Part shown: positions 58,728 through 64,000 of the stretch, one piece after another | How positions within the stretch are numbered: the stretch's first letter is position 1 | Layout of the letters: every line of letters begins with the position of its first letter | Source of the DNA: an uncultured delta proteobacterium | GTDB taxonomy: Bacteria; Desulfobacterota; Binatia; JACPRU01 | Length of the DNA stretch: 64,000 bases | Direction of reading: 5' to 3' | Assembly: GCA_963745025.1 (NCBI GenBank) | Contig: CAVUWD010000005.1 | Span: 128,001 to 192,000 of the forward strand | Program-made: the position numbers and the translations under genes | Notes under the pieces: generated by a model | What the model was told of the DNA's origin: nothing | Database searches by the model: none | What the model saw: only the letters and a program-made list of their open reading frames with translations

Positions 58728-59834
58728 TCAACGGGCGCCGAGCGCGCGCCGCTTCTCGTAGGCCTCGCGGACGATGCGAACGTCCTCGAGGTAGCCTGGG
58801 AGATCGCGGAGGAGGAGGGCCTGCGGGCCATCACAGAGCGCGACCTCGGGTGCCGGGTGGAAATCGACGAGCAGCATGTTGGCGCCGGCGATGACCGCCT
58901 GGGCCGAGACGTGATGGATGTCGAGCAGGCCGTCGGGGGCTGCCTCGCGGCGGCCGATGGAATGGGACGGATCGACGCACACGGGGAGCCGAGTCAGCCG
59001 CTTGACGACGGGCACGTGAGCGACGTCGACGAAGTTGCGGTGCGGATCGCCGAGGTTCGACTTGACGCCGCGCAGACAGAAGACGATCCGACGGTTGCCC
59101 TCGCTCGCCACGTATTCACACGCGTTGAAGGACTCCTCGAGCGTGATTCCCATGCCCCGCTTGTAGAGCACGGGAAACTCGGTCTGCTGCCCGACCACCT
59201 TGAGAAGCTCGAAATTCTGCGCGTTGCGGGTTCCAATCTGCAGCATGACACCGGTCGGGTTCCCGGCTGCGGCGAGCGCGGAGCGGATCTCCCCGATCTG
59301 TTGCTCGTGGGTCACTTCCATGGCGATCACGCGGATGCCGTATTTACCGGCGAGCTCGAACACGTAAGGGAGGCACTGGCGGCCGTGGCCCTGGAAGTCA
59401 TAGGGGCTGGTGCGCGGCTTGTACGCACCCATGCGCGTCGTCACCTGGCCGGCGTCGCGGAGCGCGCGCATCGTCTCCTCGGTGTGCTCGCGCGAGTCGA
59501 CCGCGCAGAGCCCGGCGAACACGTGCAGCGACTCCTGATCGAATCGCACGCCATTGTACTCGAAGCCGAACGACTCCACCTGACCGCGGTGCCGGCCGAT
59601 CAGCCGGTAGCGGTCCGAGACTCGCACCACCTGCTGCACGCCGGGCAGCTCTTCGAGCGGCTCCTTGGGGATCGCCGCCGTGGTGCCGATCACGTGGATC
59701 TCGATCACCGAACGGGTCTGTCCGCGCTCGGCGTGGACGCGCGTGGTCACGCCCGGATAAGCGGAGAGAGCGCGCATGATCCGCTCGACCTCGGGACCGG
59801 TCGCAGTGACGTCGGGCTTCAGGAGAATGATCAC
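58728..59834 (-). CDS. aroF: 3-deoxy-7-phosphoheptulonate (DAHP) synthase, type I-beta
   Basis: AGLCAVD, GAYKPRTSPYDFQG, QIGTRNAQNFELL, VDPSH, ALCDG.Q; GTG start. Confidence 0.9.
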   Translation of the reverse strand: MIILLKPDVTATGPEVERIMRALSAYPGVTTRVHAERGQTRSVIEIHVIGTTAAIPKEPLEELPGVQQVVRVSDRYRLIGRHRGQVESFGFEYNGVRFDQESLHVFAGLCAVDSREHTEETMRALRDAGQVTTRMGAYKPRTSPYDFQGHGRQCLPYVFELAGKYGIRVIAMEVTHEQQIGEIRSALAAAGNPTGVMLQIGTRNAQNFELLKVVGQQTEFPVLYKRGMGITLEESFNACEYVASEGNRRIVFCLRGVKSNLGDPHRNFVDVAHVPVVKRLTRLPVCVDPSHSIGRREAAPDGLLDIHHVSAQAVIAGANMLLVDFHPAPEVALCDGPQALLLRDLPGYLEDVRIVREAYEKRRALGAR

Positions 59835-59844
59835 GGGAGTCGCT

Positions 59845-60744
59845 TCAGAGAACCTTGTTCAGGGGGTATTCGATGATGCCGACGGCGCCGGTCGAGAGCA
59901 GCTTTGGCACCAGCTCCCGAACCATCGCTTCGGAGATCACGCTCTCGACCGACAGCCAGTGCTCTCCGTGCAGGTTCGGGGTCGGATGGAGATTCGCCAC
60001 CGTCGGCGCGGTGAGGCTCGGGATCAGCGCAATCACTCGCTCGAGGTCGTCCTTGCGCACGTTCATCTTGATGCCGACCTGGCTCTCTGCGGCCATCGCC
60101 CCGACGACGAGTCGCTCGATCTGCGCAATCTTCTCGCGCTTCCAGGGATCCGCCATGGCGGAAGAATTGGCGACGAGCTGCGGATTCGATTCGAGCAGGT
60201 CGGCAACGATCCGTAGACCGTGCGCGCGGATCGTCGAGCCCGTCTCGGTGACCTCGATGATCGCGTCGACGAGACCCTCGGCCGCCTTGGCCTCGGTCGC
60301 GCCCCACGAGAACTCGACTTGGACGGCGATGCCGCGCTCCTCGAAGTAGCGGCGCGAGAAATTCGTCATCTCGCTGGCGATCCGCTTGCCGGCGAGGTCC
60401 TCGAGCTTGCGGATCGGCGAATCGGCCGGCACGGCGAGCACCCAGCGCGTCGGGCGGCGGCTGACCTTCGAGTAAACGAAGTCGGCGACGACCTCGAGAT
60501 CGACACCGTTCTCGACGATCCAATCTTTGCCGGTGACGCCTGCGTCGAGCGTGCCGTCGGCGATGTAGCGCGGCATCTCCTGCGGGCGCATCAGCGCGCA
60601 GCGGATCTCGGGATCGTCGATCGAGGGGAAGTAGCTCCGCTCGCCGGCGGAGATCTTCCACCCCGCTTTGCGGAAGAGCTCGATGGTCGCCTGCTCGAGG
60701 CTCCCCTTCGGCAGGCCAAGCTTCAGCACGCGCTCGGTGCTCAC
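59845..60744 (-). CDS. hisG: ATP phosphoribosyltransferase (long form)
   Basis: [30 protein letters not shown]-terminal regulatory domain. Confidence 0.95.
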   Translation of the reverse strand: MSTERVLKLGLPKGSLEQATIELFRKAGWKISAGERSYFPSIDDPEIRCALMRPQEMPRYIADGTLDAGVTGKDWIVENGVDLEVVADFVYSKVSRRPTRWVLAVPADSPIRKLEDLAGKRIASEMTNFSRRYFEERGIAVQVEFSWGATEAKAAEGLVDAIIEVTETGSTIRAHGLRIVADLLESNPQLVANSSAMADPWKREKIAQIERLVVGAMAAESQVGIKMNVRKDDLERVIALIPSLTAPTVANLHPTPNLHGEHWLSVESVISEAMVRELVPKLLSTGAVGIIEYPLNKVL

Positions 60745-61133
60745 TTCTTCTTCGCTCCGTACACCTTCTCGGGATCGAACACCGGCTCGAGAATCGTCCG
60801 CCACGAGGCGCCGTCTTTGGTCTCGCGATAGAAACAGTTTCGCCGACCGGTGTGGCAAGCGGCTCCGCCGTGCTGGTGGACCTTCAAGAGGATCGTGTCG
60901 GCGTCGCAGTCGACGTAGATGCCGCGGACGTCTTGATGGTTTCCGGATTCTTCGCCTTTGCGCCAGAGTCCCCGCGAGCGGCTCCAGTACACCGCGCGCC
61001 GGGACTCCACGGTCGCGCGAAACGCCTGCTCGTTCATGTGCGCGAGCATCAGGACTTCACCCGTCTCCGCGTCCTGGGTGATCACCGGCACGAGCCCGCC
61101 GCCCTTGTCGAAATCGATTTTGATCTCTTCCAT
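60741..61133 (-). CDS. hisI: Phosphoribosyl-AMP cyclohydrolase
   Basis: YWSRSR..LW.KGEESG, DCDAD, ACHTG..NCF. Confidence 0.95.
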   Translation of the reverse strand: MEEIKIDFDKGGGLVPVITQDAETGEVLMLAHMNEQAFRATVESRRAVYWSRSRGLWRKGEESGNHQDVRGIYVDCDADTILLKVHQHGGAACHTGRRNCFYRETKDGASWRTILEPVFDPEKVYGAKKK

Positions 61134-61181
61134 GGCTAAGCGGGCAAATATTCCGTACGGGAGGGGCAAAAGCAAACTGGC

Positions 61182-61379
61182 CTACTCTCGGCGCGCCCCA
61201 CGATCGCATCGCGAAGCGTCTTCAGACGGGATCGTACCGGTGTGGAGCGAGGTGCCGCCGAGCCTGTGACGCCGGTCGGTGACCGCCACCCGCTTGCGTG
61301 GCATGGCCGCGCGGATCACGGCCTTCCGTCCGGCAGGTCCGCTGCCGATCACGACGAGGTCGTACGGATCGTCCGGCAC
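61182..61379 (-). pseudogene. sthA: N-terminal remnant of a soluble pyridine nucleotide transhydrogenase (SthA-like)
   Basis: YDLVVIGSGPAG.KA...GG...HTGTIPS, then KTLRDA in a shifted frame; truncated. Confidence 0.7.
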
Positions 61380-61485
61380 GCCGCTGTTCCCAGAGCCCAG
61401 ACGTCCGGCGGGCAAGCGACGCGCGCACGCGCGCTCCTGTCGCCGGCCCTTTTTCTTCCCGGCACGATTCGGTAATCAGCGAGTC

Positions 61486-62511
61486 ATGAAGCTCGGCGAT
61501 CTGGCGCGGCAGCTCGGCTGCGAGCTCGAGGGCGATCCGACGATCGAGATCACCGGCCCGGCGCCGATTGGTGAGGCCGGCCCCGGCCAGGTGACCTTCG
61601 TTGCCAATCCGCGCTACCAGTCTAGGTTGAAGAGCCTGCAGGCGGCGGCTGTGATCCTCGCCCCGGGCCTGGAGGCTCCCGGCGTGGCCGTGCTGCGCTC
61701 GTCGCAGCCGTACGCCGCCTTCGTCCGCCTGCTCACTCTCTTTCACGAGCCGTATCGGCCTCCCCCCGGCATCGACGCGACGGCGCGGATCGCGCCGAGC
61801 GCGACGATCGGTCCGCGCGCGTCGATTGGCGCCTACGCAGTCGTCGGGGAAGACGTGACGATCGGCGCCGATGCGCGCATCGATCCCCACGTCGTGATCT
61901 ATCCGAGCGTGACGATCGGCGACCGCTTCACCGCGCACGCGGGCGCCGTAGTTCGCGAGCGCGCGACGATCGGTCACGACGTGAAGCTCCAGTCGGGCGT
62001 GCTGATCGGCGGCGACGGCTTCGGCTATCTGCCCGACGAGAAGGGCGGCGTGCACGCGATTCCCCAGACGGGAAGCGTCGTGCTCGAGGACGGCGTCGAG
62101 ATCGGCGCCAACACCGCAATCGATCGTGCGGCAGTCGGTGTCACGCGGATTCGCCGCGCGGCGAAGATCGACAATCTCGTGCAGATCGGTCACGGCTGCG
62201 AGGTCGGCGAGGGCGCGCTTCTCGCCGCGCAGGTCGGCCTGGCTGGAAGCACGCAGGTCGGGGCGGGGGCGCAGCTCGGCGGTCAGGTCGGAGCCGCCGG
62301 TCATCTGACGATCGGTGCCGGCGCACGAATCGCCGCACAGTCGGGAATTCCCAACGACGTCGAACCGGGAGCAGTGCTTTCCGGATACCCGGCGGTAGAG
62401 ATCCGCACCTGGCGACGATATGTCGCCGCCGTGCTTCACCTTCCCAAGCTGCTTCGCCGGGTGCGCCGTATCGAACGACGGCTCGGCATCGGCGCGAGCC
62501 GGGAAGACTGA
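61486..62511 (+). CDS. lpxD: UDP-3-O-(3-hydroxyacyl)glucosamine N-acyltransferase
   Basis: Hexapeptide repeats, IG.DGFGY, IPQ.G.V, EIGANT.IDR, KIDNLVQIGH. Confidence 0.96.
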   Translation: MKLGDLARQLGCELEGDPTIEITGPAPIGEAGPGQVTFVANPRYQSRLKSLQAAAVILAPGLEAPGVAVLRSSQPYAAFVRLLTLFHEPYRPPPGIDATARIAPSATIGPRASIGAYAVVGEDVTIGADARIDPHVVIYPSVTIGDRFTAHAGAVVRERATIGHDVKLQSGVLIGGDGFGYLPDEKGGVHAIPQTGSVVLEDGVEIGANTAIDRAAVGVTRIRRAAKIDNLVQIGHGCEVGEGALLAAQVGLAGSTQVGAGAQLGGQVGAAGHLTIGAGARIAAQSGIPNDVEPGAVLSGYPAVEIRTWRRYVAAVLHLPKLLRRVRRIERRLGIGASRED

Positions 62512-62679
62512 AGACGGTCTTCGACCTTCATCTTCAGTCCCCGGCGCGAGAGGCAATCGGCCAATTGCCCAGAGCCGCGAGCCGATGGCCGTTTCCGGTG
62601 GTCTTTCCTTGCACGGGGGTCCACGTTATATTCGCAAGTCTTGCTCGCCTTTTCACCCGGCGGATAAGCGGGGGCTGCC

Positions 62680-63204
62680 GTGAAGATTCGCATCGAGGAG
62701 ATCAAGGACACCGAGAAGGACGCCGCGTTCGTGGAAGAAGTCTCGGAGATCAACGCAGAGCTCGCCCGTACGGGGGTGATCGACTATCAGTTCCAGGGCG
62801 CCGTGCCGGTGAACGTCCACTACTACCGCTTGGGCGCCGACCTTTTCTTCCGCGGCCAATTCGCGGGCCGCGTCGCGGGCACCTGCGCACGCTGCCTCGC
62901 CAATTACCCCTTCTCCCTGCACAAGGAGTTCACGTTCATCTTGAAGCCGCACGCCGAGCAGGCGGCGGGCGAGGAACTCGCCGAAGAGGACTTGTCGCTC
63001 AGCTTCTATCAGGGAGACGAGGTGGATCTCGCGCCGCTCGTGCGCGAGGCCATGATTCTCTCGCTCCCGACACGACCCCTCTGCAGCGACGAATGCCGCG
63101 GGCTTTGCCCGCATTGCGGCGCGAACCGAAACGTCCGTGCCTGCGGCTGTCACGAGGAATGGATCGACCCCCGCCTCGCGGTCCTGCGCACGTTGAAGCG
63201 GTGA
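62680..63204 (+). CDS. yceD: DUF177 (YceD) family protein
   Basis: CARCL and LC...CRGLC..CG.N.N...C.C.....DPR; upstream of rpmF. Confidence 0.92.
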   Translation: MKIRIEEIKDTEKDAAFVEEVSEINAELARTGVIDYQFQGAVPVNVHYYRLGADLFFRGQFAGRVAGTCARCLANYPFSLHKEFTFILKPHAEQAAGEELAEEDLSLSFYQGDEVDLAPLVREAMILSLPTRPLCSDECRGLCPHCGANRNVRACGCHEEWIDPRLAVLRTLKR

Positions 63205-63228
63205 TCCCGCGCCCGACTGGAGATCGCA

Positions 63229-63411
63229 ATGGCCCTACCGAAGCGAAGAACGTCTCGTCAAAAGCGCAACAAGCGCCGCGCGCACGACGCGCTGGTCGTG
63301 CCGCAGTACGTCGCTTGTCCCGCCTGCGGCGAGCCCACGCAACGGCATCGCGCCTGCCGGCATTGCGGGCAGTACCGCGGGCGGCAAGTCGTCGAGATCG
63401 CGGAGGAGTAA
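63229..63411 (+). CDS. rpmF: 50S ribosomal protein L32
   Basis: MALPKRRTS...RNKRRAH, CPACG...HRAC..CG.YRG. Confidence 0.96.
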   Translation: MALPKRRTSRQKRNKRRAHDALVVPQYVACPACGEPTQRHRACRHCGQYRGRQVVEIAEE

Positions 63412-63451
63412 GCGCGTGGAGCGGTCCTTCGGCGGCCGCATCCCTTGACCC

Positions 63452-64000
63452 ATGAAGACCATTGCCGTCGATGCGATGGGCGGTGATCACGCCCCCGAGG
63501 CGATCATCGAGGGGGCCATCGCCGCGGCTCGCGAGCTGCGCATACCCCTGACGCTGGTCGGCGATCGCGACACGATCACCCACGAGCTCGGCCGGCATCG
63601 CGCGGGGAATCTGCCGATCCAGGTGCACCACGCCTCGCAGGTCGTGGAGATGGACGACAGCCCCGTCGAGGCTTTGCGACGCAAGCGCGACAGCTCGATC
63701 CGCGTCGGCTTCGCGCTCGTCAAGTCCGGCGACGCCGACGCTTTCGTCAGCGCCGGCAATTCCGGGGCGATGATGGCTGCGGCGGTGATGCTGCTCGGCA
63801 ACCTGTCCGGTGTCGACCGTCCGGCGATCGGCATCGAGCTCCCGTCGCGCCGCGGCCACGTCACGCTTCTCGATGCCGGCGCCAACGTCGAATGCGCGCC
63901 CCTAAATCTCGTACAGTTCGCGGTCATGGGGGACGTGTTCGCCCGAAGCGTGCGCGGGCTCCTGTCTCCACGCGTCGGCATCGTCAGCAACGGCGAGGAG
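63452..64000 (+). CDS. plsX: Phosphate acyltransferase PlsX (continues beyond the window)
   Basis: IAVDAMGGDHAP, SAGNSGA, DRPA, LDAGAN, NGEE. Confidence 0.95.
   Translation, partial: MKTIAVDAMGGDHAPEAIIEGAIAAARELRIPLTLVGDRDTITHELGRHRAGNLPIQVHHASQVVEMDDSPVEALRRKRDSSIRVGFALVKSGDADAFVSAGNSGAMMAAAVMLLGNLSGVDRPAIGIELPSRRGHVTLLDAGANVECAPLNLVQFAVMGDVFARSVRGLLSPRVGIVSNGEE

Overview
High-GC bacterial chromosomal segment of mostly housekeeping and metabolic genes. The gene mix (F420 operon, MMPL transporter, acyl-CoA dehydrogenase, lpxD, sigma-54 regulators) is suggestive of a deltaproteobacteria-like soil lineage such as Ca. Binatia; this is inference only. Contents in order: double-length UvrA (runs off the left edge), rnhB, a 2-oxoacid dehydrogenase E2 followed by a LipB-LipA fusion, mgtE, GST, a rubrerythrin/Fe-S oxidoreductase/DUF3501/PerR-like operon, a PuuD-like protein, orphan nuoI, moeB/moeZ, an Fe-S/FAD-oxidoreductase/MoaD module, trmB, a dnaA with upstream DnaA boxes but no dnaN, cofGHDE, a sigma-54 signalling cassette, lipB-ech-meaB-phosphatase, a sensor kinase, nodIJ-like ABC, sufT, MMPL, a glycosyltransferase cluster, hisI-hisG-DAHP synthase, lpxD and yceD-rpmF-plsX. 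No rRNA, tRNA, CRISPR or transposase was seen. Several genes carry indels that look like sequencing or polishing errors. The most unusual signals are: (1) a 289-bp non-coding, multi-hairpin TGTGA...TCACA element inserted with a 7-bp direct repeat into a REP-like heptamer repeat (45230-45518); (2) a degenerate AAA+/HisKA/pseudo-HATPase hybrid heading a sigma-54 cascade (30352-34694); (3) a ~440-nt structured candidate ncRNA between uvrA and rnhB; (4) an RBS-sequestering leader with a 17-codon uORF before mgtE; (5) a displaced, divergent dnaA.
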